DNA of 58,601 nt from contig CAIYQJ010000155.1 of NCBI GenBank assembly GCA_903928275.1, forward strand, positions 1 to 58,601. The letters run 5' to 3'. Below, one piece after another: positions 1 to 8,843 of the stretch. Position numbers and translations under genes: made by a program. The first letter of the stretch is position 1. Each line of letters begins with the position of its first letter. The notes below the pieces were generated by a model, which was not told the DNA's origin, did no database searches, and saw only the letters and a list, made by a program, of their open reading frames with translations. The DNA comes from an uncultured Chloroflexota bacterium. GTDB taxonomy: Bacteria > Chloroflexota > Limnocylindria > Limnocylindrales > CSP1-4.

Positions 1-59
1 GCGGCGGGTCGGCGCTGTACGCGGGCACGAGCACCACGACGACGATCGTCGTGAAGTAG
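1..59 (+). CDS. 3' end of an unidentified CDS entering from upstream (...GGSALYAGTSTTTTIVVK*)
   Basis: The frame has G/C at nearly every third position and ends at TAG 57-59. It is too short to assign a family. Confidence 0.25.
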   Translation, partial: GGSALYAGTSTTTTIVVK

Positions 60-288
60 CCGAGGCGGAGGCGCGCTTGCCGCGGTGCCGCCGGCGGCCA
101 TGGAGGCGGCCCGCACCCAGGACATGCCCCGAGCCGGCATCGGGGCGGCCAGCGGCCAGCGGCCGGCCAGGCGGTCCTGCCGGGACACGTCCTGGGCCGG
201 CGTCGGCGCGACCCGCGCACGGTGCGCTCGATCTCGTCGCCCGTCGACGGTCCGATCCGGTCGACGTCCCCGGGGACGTCCGGGAATC

Positions 289-325
289 GTCAAGGCCCCG
301 GAGGGAGGAGATCCGGGGCCTTGAC
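289..325. terminator. Strong GC hairpin (13-bp perfect stem, 11-nt loop), possibly a terminator
   Basis: GTCAAGGCCCCGG (289-301) is the exact reverse complement of CCGGGGCCTTGAC (313-325). There is no U-tract, and the flanking coding assignment is unresolved. Confidence 0.4.
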
Positions 326-547
326 AGGGCTGGGACGCGACGAGCGGTGGGAGGACCGCCCGGATGGTCCTCGAGAACGGCTGTGGGGAGCCGCTCTCGA
401 TCTGGATGCGATGGTGGGCCGAGCCCCGGCAGCGGAGCCGGAGGCCCGCGGAGATCGGACTCGCGCGTCCGCCGGCAGCGTCTGGGGACCGCCGTGATGA
501 TCTCGTGGATGATGCGGAACCGTCTCGGCGGGTCCCTTCCCGCCTGG

Positions 548-585
548 TTGGTACGGACCAAATCTAGCACATTGGTCTGAACCAA
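548..585. other. Imperfect long stem-loop in a local low-GC island at the end of the small ORF 564-836
   Basis: GACCAA (556-561) pairs with TTGGTC (572-577). An outer GGTTGGT/AACC... extension adds pairs with one mismatch and one G-U. The TAG stop (564-566) of the minus-strand ORF lies in the loop. Confidence 0.3.
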
Positions 586-836
586 GCAAGGTGGCCGGCA
601 GGGACGGCGAGCACCGCCGCGACCGCGACGACCACCACGAGCGCGCTCTGCGCGACGGCTGCGAGCAGGCACCCGCACCCGGCGGAGCGGCGCCCCCCGG
701 AACGGCCCGGGCGGGCTCCGGCGCCGAGCGCACCCGGATCCGCAGGCCCGTCGTCAGGGTCCTCGTCGATCGCCGCGACGAGGAGAGTCGCCTCGGCGAC
801 CGTGAGGTCGTCGTCGAAGAGGCCGAAGTCACTCAT
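564..836 (-). CDS. Small hypothetical protein: acidic N-terminus and one C-terminal transmembrane helix
   Basis: The 90-codon ORF has consistently G/C third positions. It starts MSDFGLFDDDLTVAEA and contains a hydrophobic LLAAVAQSALVVVVAVAAVLAV segment. Its ATG overlaps the stop of a 26-codon upstream ORF (ATGAGTGA). I recognise no family. Confidence 0.45.
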   Translation of the reverse strand: MSDFGLFDDDLTVAEATLLVAAIDEDPDDGPADPGALGAGARPGRSGGRRSAGCGCLLAAVAQSALVVVVAVAAVLAVPAGHLAWFRPMC

Positions 837-1049
837 CGCCGGCGATCATGCCTTGCGGTCGTGCCAGCTGCATGGCACGACCGAGCGAGACGAGGTGGCC
901 CGCGTCCATCGAGAGGCTGGCGACGGCGTGCTGCGGGTGTCCGAAGCGGCGGCTCGGGAAGCCGCGGCGTCGAGCAGTCCTGACGCGGCGAGCGCCCGGA
1001 TCGGCGTGGGCGAGGCCGGGCCAACGAGTGGCGCGTCGGCGTCGGTCCC

Positions 1050-3701
1050 CTACTCCAGGCGCAGGACGGTGGCGCCGCCCACGTGGACGTACCGGTCCGG
1101 GAAGCACGTGAGCACGATGACCTGGGCGGTCTCGCCGGCCCGGGCGAGGACAGCGCCCATCGCCTCCAGGCGCTGCGGGTCCGACCATCCGAGCGCGTCG
1201 TCGAGCATGACGGGGACGCCACCGTCGGCGGCGACGAGCTCCGCGCATGCGAGGCGGACGAGGACACCGAGCTGCTCGCGGGTCCCGATGCTCAGCTGCT
1301 CCCAGGCGATCGGCGCGCCGCCACGAGCGAGGCTGGCGATCGACAGGTCGTCGGCCACGTCGACGATGACGTCCGGACCGAAGACCAGCCGACCCAGCGC
1401 CTCCAGCCGCTGCTTCAACGGGAGGACGTAGCGACGGAACGCCTCCGCGCGGCGCGCCTTCACCGTGTCGAGAAGGAGTCTGGCGGCCGCCGCGCGACGT
1501 CGGAGTCGCCGCAGCGCATCCTCGGCTCGCACCAGCTCGCCCTCGGCCGTGTCGAGCTGCTCCGACAGTCCAGCCTCGCCGCGCTGCTCGAGCGCTCCCG
1601 CGAGTCGCGCCTGGTCCACGCTCAGCTGGTGCTGGCGCGCGCGCAAGCCGTCGAGTGCCTTCCTCGCATTCTCTGCCAGCGCCTTCGCCTGCTCCGGGTT
1701 GGCCTCCGCGAGCTCGGTCTCGGCCCGGAGGCGCGAGGCGCCCGCCTCCGCGGCATCGCGTTCCGCGTCAGCGAGCCGCCTCTCGAGGACGTCGTCGACG
1801 GCGGCGTCCCGGGCGACGGCGAGCGTCTCCGCGAGGTCGCGGGCTCTTCGTTCGGCGATCCCGACAGCGACGCGCCGTTCCTCGGACGCGGCCCGCGCGG
1901 TATCGGCGGCGATGCGGGCGGACCGCTCGGCCTCCTCCGCGATCCCGAGCGCTGTCGTGGCCGCCCGGTCCGCGTCCTCGGCCGCATCGAGGAGCGTCGA
2001 TGCCTCGTCCGCGTCCCGCGGCCCCGCGAGATCCGGCGGGCGTTCGCGCTCGGTCGAAGCCCGATCCGCCTGTCGGGCGGCGAGCGTGGCGATCCGCTGC
2101 TCGAGGTCCGCCTGCCGCTCGCCGGCGAGGACCGCCGCGAACTCCCGACGGGCGCGCGTCACGGCCTCCGCCGCGGACCGGCGCTCGGCGCTGCGCGCGC
2201 GTGCCGCCACGACGTCAGCGACACCGGCCTCGCCGAACGCACGCGCGAGCGCGGCCTCGGCCGCCTCGAGGTCGGCGCGCAACCCGGCGGCGCTCGCGCC
2301 CGGTCGTGCCACGAGGCGGACGACGCCCGGCACCTCGATGCGGAGCCCCTCCCCGATCGAACGCGTCTCGATCCTGCCAGCCGCGATCCGGACGACCGCG
2401 CCATCGATCACCGGCTCGATCGGAGAGGTCGCCTCGATCGTGACCTCGCCGGCTCCGGCATCGAGCCGGGCGCGCGCGAGCTCCGCGGCGCGAGTCGCCC
2501 CCTCGATCCCGTCGAGGATCCCGTCGGTGATCGGGTTCGTCTCGACGGCAGCCTGGGCCACGCGGCCGGCCTCGGCGAGGGCGTCGAGGCGGTGCTTGCG
2601 CGCCTGGAGAGCCGCGAGCTCCGCCCTGTCGCGGAGGGCGTCGCGGTCCCCACGGCGGATGGCCACGGTGTGCACCGCACCGTCCCGGGCCCGGCGCGCG
2701 TCCGCGACGCGCGCGACCGTCGCGGCGAGCGACCGGTCGAGCTCGCCCTGCCGGCCTTCCTCGACCGTGCCGGGCGCGACCAGGACGGCGAGCTCCTGCT
2801 CGGCCTCCAGGGCAGAAGCCGAGAGCGCACGCCGGGCCTCGGCGGCCGCGCGCACCTCGTTCGCGCGTGCCGTCGCGGCTTCGTGCGCGGCCCGGCGCTC
2901 GCGGGAGACGCCGGCAAGCTTCTCGACCCGCGCCCACCGCGCCTCACGCTCCTTCGTGGCGACGTCCGCGGCGGCGAGGCTCTCGTGCATGCCGGCGAGC
3001 TCGGCGGTGATGCGTGCCAGGGCCTCGGCGTCGGCCTCGACCCGGTCGCACTCGGCGCGGAGCCGGCGCACTGTCGCCGTCGCCGTCGCGACGGCGTCCC
3101 CGAGCGGCGCGAACACGTCCTTCTCGCGGCCCGTCGGCGTGTAGTACCGGGCGGCCTCGGCCTCGACGCTCTCGAAGAGGCTGCCCTCCTCGGCCGGGTC
3201 CGTCCCACCGGCGGCCCGCTCCAGCGCCGCGCCCAGGGAACCGGCCGCCTTCACGGACGCCTGCCCCACGTCTCGTCCCTGGAGGAGCCGGAGCGCTCGC
3301 CAGAGGGCCCGGTCGGCGTTGGCGTCGAGGATCTCGAGGGCCCGGTCGTGGGCGGCATCGCCGGTGAGGATCTCCGGCCGTGGGCCCTGCACGACGATGC
3401 GCGTCTCCCGGTCGCGGACCCAGCGCTTCCGGTACGTGATCGAGTACGGCCCGACGAGCAGGTCCGCCTCGACGAGCGGTCCGGCGTCCGTCCCGACGGG
3501 TTGCGCCGCGAGGACGTCGCGATGCTTCGAGGAGTCCTTGTACTCGATGAGCAGGTCCAGGGCGTCGGCGAGGCTGGACTTCCCGGACTCGTTGGGCCCC
3601 TCCACGACCGTCACCCCGGTCTCCGCGAAGCGGATCTCCCGCTCGGCGATCCCGCGGAAGTCAGTCACCCTGATCCGGCGGATCCGGAGCGCGCCGCTCA
3701 T
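1050..3701 (-). CDS. SbcC/Rad50/YhaN-like SMC-type AAA ATPase with a long coiled coil
   Basis: It has an N-terminal Walker A (GPNESGKSS), about 600 aa of Ala/Arg/Glu-rich coiled coil, a C-terminal signature-like LSIGTREQLG and a Walker B (VPVMLDDALGWSD). Its ATG overlaps the stop of the upstream phosphoesterase gene (ATGA). Confidence 0.85.
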   Translation of the reverse strand: MSGALRIRRIRVTDFRGIAEREIRFAETGVTVVEGPNESGKSSLADALDLLIEYKDSSKHRDVLAAQPVGTDAGPLVEADLLVGPYSITYRKRWVRDRETRIVVQGPRPEILTGDAAHDRALEILDANADRALWRALRLLQGRDVGQASVKAAGSLGAALERAAGGTDPAEEGSLFESVEAEAARYYTPTGREKDVFAPLGDAVATATATVRRLRAECDRVEADAEALARITAELAGMHESLAAADVATKEREARWARVEKLAGVSRERRAAHEAATARANEVRAAAEARRALSASALEAEQELAVLVAPGTVEEGRQGELDRSLAATVARVADARRARDGAVHTVAIRRGDRDALRDRAELAALQARKHRLDALAEAGRVAQAAVETNPITDGILDGIEGATRAAELARARLDAGAGEVTIEATSPIEPVIDGAVVRIAAGRIETRSIGEGLRIEVPGVVRLVARPGASAAGLRADLEAAEAALARAFGEAGVADVVAARARSAERRSAAEAVTRARREFAAVLAGERQADLEQRIATLAARQADRASTERERPPDLAGPRDADEASTLLDAAEDADRAATTALGIAEEAERSARIAADTARAASEERRVAVGIAERRARDLAETLAVARDAAVDDVLERRLADAERDAAEAGASRLRAETELAEANPEQAKALAENARKALDGLRARQHQLSVDQARLAGALEQRGEAGLSEQLDTAEGELVRAEDALRRLRRRAAAARLLLDTVKARRAEAFRRYVLPLKQRLEALGRLVFGPDVIVDVADDLSIASLARGGAPIAWEQLSIGTREQLGVLVRLACAELVAADGGVPVMLDDALGWSDPQRLEAMGAVLARAGETAQVIVLTCFPDRYVHVGGATVLRLE

Positions 3702-4879
3702 GCCTGCCGCCGCGCGAGGCGCACGAGGAGGCCGAGGGCGTCGCCGGCGGTCACGGCTTCGGGAGCGTCCGCTGCCGCAAGGGCGCGAAGGTCGGCGAGC
3801 GCATCCGCCGCGTAGCCGGCGAGGTCAAGGTCGGCGAAGTCCGCGTCGTCCGGCATGACGGCGAGGTCCGCGTGGCGCTCCCACTCCTCGATGGCCGCGA
3901 ACCGGTCGCGCTCGTGCTCGAGCAGCTCGTCGAGTCGCGCCTTGTCGCGGAGCGTGAGCGTGCCGACGAGCGTGACCTTGACGATCGCGCGCTCCTTCGA
4001 CGAGATCCCCCCGAACCATCGTTCGAGCGCGTCGACGTCCTCCGGACCGTCGAGCCGATGCTCCTGGCGGACGAACCGCCACGTCCCCACCGGGAGCCGC
4101 ATGACGGTGCAGGCGCCGGAGGCCGCGTCCGCCGTCCCGGCGCCGGACTCGTCGATGTCGACGAGGAGGATGTTCCCCGCGTCCGTCTCCACGTACGCCG
4201 TGGGCTCCGGGGCACCTGCATACCAGGTGCGCCCCGTGGAGCCGACGTCGGTCGTGGAGTGGCGGTCCCCGAGGGCCACGTACGCCAGGCGCCCGTCGGC
4301 GATCGCCGCCTCCACCGGTGCGAGGCGGATCCGTGTCTCCTCGTCGGGCTCGTCCCCGATCGGCATGACCGCGTCCACGATCCCATGGCCGACGAGCACG
4401 CGCGTCACGCCCGGCGCCGGGGCGAGCCCGGCGTACCCGGGCTCCAGGGGGTCGCCGAGCGAGCGCTTCGTCATGCGCGGCGCGCCCACGATCTCGAGCC
4501 CGGGCCGGCCGACGATCCGATATGGCTCGGTGGTCTCGATGACGACGACGTTTCCGGGGGCCGAGTGGACGAAGGTGGTCTGCCGGAAGACGCTCGTCGC
4601 GTCGAGCTGCTCGTGGTTCCCGGGGAGAAGGAAGACCGGGACGGTGATCGCGCGGAGTGCCTCGCAGGCGCGCAGCACGGTCTGCCGCGACACCTGGTTC
4701 GTCTCGAAGACGTCGCCGGCGACGACGACGAACTCGGCGCCGTGCTCCTGCGCGAGGGCGCCGACCCGGGCGATCGCGTCGAGTCGGGCCTGCGCGAACC
4801 GCGACTGCGCCTCCCCCTCGAGGAAGTGGCGCGTCATGCCGAGCTGCCAATCGGCGGTATGGATGAACCGGACGGTCAC
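3698..4879 (-). CDS. SbcD/Mre11-like metallophosphoesterase (DNA repair exonuclease family)
   Basis: Calcineurin-like phosphoesterase motifs are present: FIHTADWQLG, VVVAGDVFE, LLPGNHE, VGHG. I placed the start at GTG 4879 (VTVRFIHTADW). The longest-ORF start at 4978 would overlap the helicase gene. Confidence 0.85.
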   Translation of the reverse strand: MTVRFIHTADWQLGMTRHFLEGEAQSRFAQARLDAIARVGALAQEHGAEFVVVAGDVFETNQVSRQTVLRACEALRAITVPVFLLPGNHEQLDATSVFRQTTFVHSAPGNVVVIETTEPYRIVGRPGLEIVGAPRMTKRSLGDPLEPGYAGLAPAPGVTRVLVGHGIVDAVMPIGDEPDEETRIRLAPVEAAIADGRLAYVALGDRHSTTDVGSTGRTWYAGAPEPTAYVETDAGNILLVDIDESGAGTADAASGACTVMRLPVGTWRFVRQEHRLDGPEDVDALERWFGGISSKERAIVKVTLVGTLTLRDKARLDELLEHERDRFAAIEEWERHADLAVMPDDADFADLDLAGYAADALADLRALAAADAPEAVTAGDALGLLVRLARRQA

Positions 4880-4913
4880 GGCCGACGCTCCGCGCGGCGC
4901 GGGCCGGCATGCT

Positions 4914-7900
4914 TCACAGGTCGCCCTCGCGGAAGCGGTTCGGGCAGATCCGCACGTAGTCGCAGCGCCCGCACGCATCCCAGCCCGGCGTCGCGGCGAA
5001 GTCGCCGGAGCGGATCCGCAGGGCGGTCGCCACGAGGCGGGCCCGGTACTCGTCGAGCTGGGCGTCCGTCCGCGTCGTGCTGAGCGCGAGATCCTCCTCG
5101 GTGAAGTACAGCGTCACCCGGGCGGGTGCCGGCAGCGGGTCCCCGGTCGTCGGGTCCACGACACCGCCCTCGCGAAGGGCGAACGCGTACGCCGAGAGCT
5201 GGTCGTCGGTGTCCACCTCGCGCTGGCTCCTGGGCTTGCCGGTCTTGTAGTCGACGACCTCGATCGACCCGTCGGCGTGGCGGTCGATCCGGTCGAGCCG
5301 GCCGTTGAAGCCGATCGGCGCGCCGCCGTCGCCGGCGTCGATCTCGAGGGCGAACCCCGCTTCGACCGCGATCGCCAGCGAGGTGGATCGCAGCTCGCGT
5401 TCGTAGAAGCGGTCGAGCGCCGGGCCGCTCCGACCCTCGTACCAGGCGGCGCGCCCGGCGTCGCCGAGCCCCGGCCGCACGGCCTCCCAGGCACGGTCGA
5501 AGGCCGCGTGCAGCTCCGCCCGGCCCGGCTCCGGCAGGCCGGCGGCCGCGGCCTCGCGCTTCGCGACGATGAACTTCTCGAACGCGTCGTGGATGGCGGA
5601 GCCGAAGGTGAAGTAGCCGCGTTCCACCGCGACCGGGATCCGGTACACCTTCTCGAACGCGTAGCGCAGAGGGCACGTGGCGTATGACTGGAGCTGCGAG
5701 TGACTGAACGCGACCGGCAGGGGCGCGAGCTCCAGGAGAGAGCGGCCGGCCGCCGCGTGGCGCGAGAGCACCCGGAGCGTGATCGGGTCCACGCCGTTGC
5801 GGCGCTGTTCCTCTGCGGCCCCGGCCGCGTCGCCGGCGACGGCCACGAGCTCAGTGACGATCGCGTCCCGGCCTTCGGCGTCGTCGGGCGCGAGCGCCTC
5901 GAGCGCCCCGATCAGCTCCACGGCACGGCGGCGGAGCGCGAAGCGCCGCTCGAACGCGACCGGGACGGGCATGAGCCGCAGCAATCGCGCCTGGGTGGCC
6001 ACGGTGGCGGCCGCGAGCGCGTCGGCGGGCACGGGCGCGCCCGGCTCGTCCTGGAGCGGCGGCGCCTCATCGGATGCCGGCGCGAGGACCGTGACCGTCA
6101 CGTCGTCGGGGCCGCCTCCCCAGCGGGCGATGCCCGCCTCGGGCGCGATCGGCTGCCGCGGGCCACGTGGCGCCGGACCCTCGGCCGACACGCCGCCTTC
6201 GGGCGCGACCTCGGCCGCGAACCTGCTGGGACGGCTCCGGTCGCCGTCGATCGCGGAGAGGACCAGGTGCTGCCGTGCCCGGGTCATCGCGACGAAGAGC
6301 AGGCGCCGCTCCTCCGCGACCGCGTACTCGTCCGGGGGCGCCTGGCGCAGCAGGTCCACCGGGATCGGGACCGCGGAGATGCGCTCGTCCGGGAACTGCC
6401 CCTGGACGAGGCGCGGCACGAGGACCACCTCGTACTCGAGCCCCTTGGCCTGGTACACGGTCATGAGCTGGACTCCGTCCACCTCCCCGCGATCCCCGGG
6501 CTCGAGGTCCAGGTCGCCGCCCATCTGCTGGTAGACGTCGAGGTAGGCGACGAAGTCGGCGAGCGACGCGGCCGGTCTGTCACGCTGCCAGTCGGCGACG
6601 AAACGCATGAGGCGGGCGATCCCGAGCGCGGTCCGCTGTGCCTCGGGCAGGTCGAGCGCAAGGAGGTCGGTGAGGACCCCCGTCCGGACGAGATACTCGT
6701 CGAGGATCGTGAACGGCCCGTCGCGGTGCGAACGCGCCGAGAGGTCGCCGAGCGCGCCGAGCAGCCGCTCGAGCTTGACCCGCAGCGCAGCGTCCGCGGC
6801 CTCGCGATGCGTGCGGGCCGGCGGGGGCGGCACGGGCGCCGCGGCCTCGCCAACGATGCCGGTCGCCGCGCGGGCCGATACTGGTTCGGCACCGGGGTCC
6901 GGCGACGTCACGCCCGCCGACTCGGCCTCCGGAGCCGCCGGTGGCGGCCCGTCCACGCGGAGGGTCCCCGAGCGCACGATCTCCGCGGCCGCGACGAAGA
7001 CGGGGCGCCGATCGAACGCAGCGGCGCGGGTGACACGGAGGATCTCCACGGCATCGAGGCGCCACGGAGCCGCGGAGAGCACGCGCGTGAAGCTGACCGA
7101 GTCCTCGGGATCCACGAGGACGCGCAGCGCTGCTTCCACGTCGCGGATCTCCGGTTGCAGGAAGAGCCCCGCGCCGCCGACGACCGTGTGCGGGATCCCG
7201 GCACGGCGGAGCCGGTCCACGATGAGCTCGCGGTGCTGGTGCTTGCGGTAGAGGACGGCGACGTCGCTCCAGCGCCGGGGGCGCGCGCGGCCGTCCGGTC
7301 CGGTGACCGGATCCGGGAGCGCGGCGAACAGGTCGCGCACGCGCTCGACGAGCGCCTCCGCCTCCTCCTCCTCGCTCCGCGAGATGAGCAGCTCGATGCG
7401 ATCGCCTGCGGGGCGGCTGGGGCGCAGCGGACCCTCGCCGGCCTTCAGCCGCTGGGGGTTCACGGCGATGAGGCGCGACGCAGCCGACAGGACCCGGCCG
7501 GTGGATCGCCGGTTGAGCAGGAGCGGGCGGATCGCGACCGGCAGAGCCGGGCGGTCGGGCGCGAACTCCGGCGGCCGTGAGAATCGGTCCTCGAACTGGC
7601 GGAACGCCGCGAAGCTGGCGCCGCGGAACCGATAGATGGACTGGTCGTCGTCACCGACGACCACGACGTCATCCGGACGGTCCGGAGCGCGGCCCACGAG
7701 CTCCACCAGGCGGATCTGGGCGATGTTCGCGTCCTGGAACTCGTCGACGAGGACATGCCGGTAGCGGCGCTGGAGCTCGCGGAGGATGTTGGGCCGAGTC
7801 TCGAGCAGGCGGATCGCGAGCTGGATCTGCTCGCCGAAGTCGAGCGCGCCGCGCCGTGCCAGCTCGTCCTGGTAGGCGGCGTAGACGAGGGCCTCCTCCT

Positions 7901-8708
7901 GGAGCCGCAGGACCTCGAGCGCCTCCGCATCCCGGACGAGCGTGGGCGCCAGGGCGGCCACCGCCTCGCGCTGCTCATGCGAGAGCGTCGCTTCCGATCC
8001 GAGGGAACCGTCGCCGCGGACCGACCGACGGGCGGCCTTGCGCGCCTCCTTCTCGAGATCGGGGCCGCCGAGCGCCTTGCGGACCTCGCGCGCGTCGCGG
8101 ACGAGGCCGCGCTCGAAGAGCGACGCGAGCGCCGCCGCGTACGTGCCGGGCCCGTGTCCCGCCTCGAACGCGGCGAGGCGCCCATCGGCGAATGCGCGGT
8201 ACGCGGCGGGCGTGACGAGCTCGTCCTTGGCGCGGTTGACGATCGCGACGAAGTCGCCGATGAGGCGCGACGGGTCCTCGCCCCACACGAAGTACCGCAG
8301 GTCAAGCCGGGGCCGGATGGCAAGGAGCAGCAGGCGCTGACCCACCGCGTCGAGGATCTCGATGTCCTCCGGCAGGCCGATCTCCGCGGCGTGGTCCCGC
8401 AGGGTCCGGTACCCGAAGCTGTGGAAGTTCTCGACCGTGAGACGGCCCGCCCGCTCCGCCCCGAGCCGGCGCGCCAGCCGATCCCCGAGCTCAAGCGCCG
8501 CGCGGACGTTGTACGTGAGGACGAGGAGGTTCTCCGGGGCGAGGTCCGGCCGCGTCGCGAGCAGGTGGCGCACCCGCTCGACGATGACCGTGGTCTTGCC
8601 CGTCCCGGCCCCGGCGAGGACCATGAGCGGCCCGCCCGCCCACTCGACGACCTCGCGCTGCTCGGGAGTGAGGTCGATGACGGGTGAGGCGGGGAGAGAG
8701 ACGGTCAT
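4914..8708 (-). CDS. UvrD/PcrA-family SF1 helicase fused to a C-terminal RecB/Cas4-type PD-(D/E)XK nuclease with a 4-Cys cluster
   Basis: Helicase motifs are AGAGTGKTT and VLVDEFQDAN. The C-terminal nuclease has CPLRYAFEKV, GRLDRIDRH...VVDYKTGK and CGRCDYVRICP. An alternative start lies at 8771. An internal Pro/Ala-rich low-complexity insert is present. Confidence 0.85.
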   Translation of the reverse strand: MTVSLPASPVIDLTPEQREVVEWAGGPLMVLAGAGTGKTTVIVERVRHLLATRPDLAPENLLVLTYNVRAALELGDRLARRLGAERAGRLTVENFHSFGYRTLRDHAAEIGLPEDIEILDAVGQRLLLLAIRPRLDLRYFVWGEDPSRLIGDFVAIVNRAKDELVTPAAYRAFADGRLAAFEAGHGPGTYAAALASLFERGLVRDAREVRKALGGPDLEKEARKAARRSVRGDGSLGSEATLSHEQREAVAALAPTLVRDAEALEVLRLQEEALVYAAYQDELARRGALDFGEQIQLAIRLLETRPNILRELQRRYRHVLVDEFQDANIAQIRLVELVGRAPDRPDDVVVVGDDDQSIYRFRGASFAAFRQFEDRFSRPPEFAPDRPALPVAIRPLLLNRRSTGRVLSAASRLIAVNPQRLKAGEGPLRPSRPAGDRIELLISRSEEEEAEALVERVRDLFAALPDPVTGPDGRARPRRWSDVAVLYRKHQHRELIVDRLRRAGIPHTVVGGAGLFLQPEIRDVEAALRVLVDPEDSVSFTRVLSAAPWRLDAVEILRVTRAAAFDRRPVFVAAAEIVRSGTLRVDGPPPAAPEAESAGVTSPDPGAEPVSARAATGIVGEAAAPVPPPPARTHREAADAALRVKLERLLGALGDLSARSHRDGPFTILDEYLVRTGVLTDLLALDLPEAQRTALGIARLMRFVADWQRDRPAASLADFVAYLDVYQQMGGDLDLEPGDRGEVDGVQLMTVYQAKGLEYEVVLVPRLVQGQFPDERISAVPIPVDLLRQAPPDEYAVAEERRLLFVAMTRARQHLVLSAIDGDRSRPSRFAAEVAPEGGVSAEGPAPRGPRQPIAPEAGIARWGGGPDDVTVTVLAPASDEAPPLQDEPGAPVPADALAAATVATQARLLRLMPVPVAFERRFALRRRAVELIGALEALAPDDAEGRDAIVTELVAVAGDAAGAAEEQRRNGVDPITLRVLSRHAAAGRSLLELAPLPVAFSHSQLQSYATCPLRYAFEKVYRIPVAVERGYFTFGSAIHDAFEKFIVAKREAAAAGLPEPGRAELHAAFDRAWEAVRPGLGDAGRAAWYEGRSGPALDRFYERELRSTSLAIAVEAGFALEIDAGDGGAPIGFNGRLDRIDRHADGSIEVVDYKTGKPRSQREVDTDDQLSAYAFALREGGVVDPTTGDPLPAPARVTLYFTEEDLALSTTRTDAQLDEYRARLVATALRIRSGDFAATPGWDACGRCDYVRICPNRFREGDL

Positions 8709-8843
8709 CGTGTCGCAAGTATCGGACAGCCGGGTCTCCCCCGGATCACCGGCGGCGCGGAGCCGGGCCATTCGGCCGCCGACGCGCGCCGAGGTGGCCG
8801 CCGACGCGGGGCCGACGGCCCCGTCTCGACCCGCGGCCCGCCG

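Noticed and set aside
60-560. RNase P RNA, tmRNA or SRP RNA in the unassigned left-edge region
   Set aside because: The signature sequences that I know are absent on both strands: the GAGGAAAGTCCGGGC-type P4 region, a tmRNA tag ORF with a tRNA-like end, and the SRP GGAA tetraloop domain motif.
1083-3815. A 910-aa plus-strand ORF (and similar long ORFs at 3855-5687, 5700-7580, 16988-19459, 20077-24051 and 28211-31102, and minus-strand 50384-54367, 15305-16723 and 55558-57420)
   Set aside because: All are shadow ORFs opposite genes with clear family motifs (SbcC-like, SbcD-like, helicase, ADH/GlcD, ABC permease, GH31, NrdJ, hydrogenase large subunit, ferric reductase). Their compositions are typical of antisense or out-of-frame translation in high-GC DNA.
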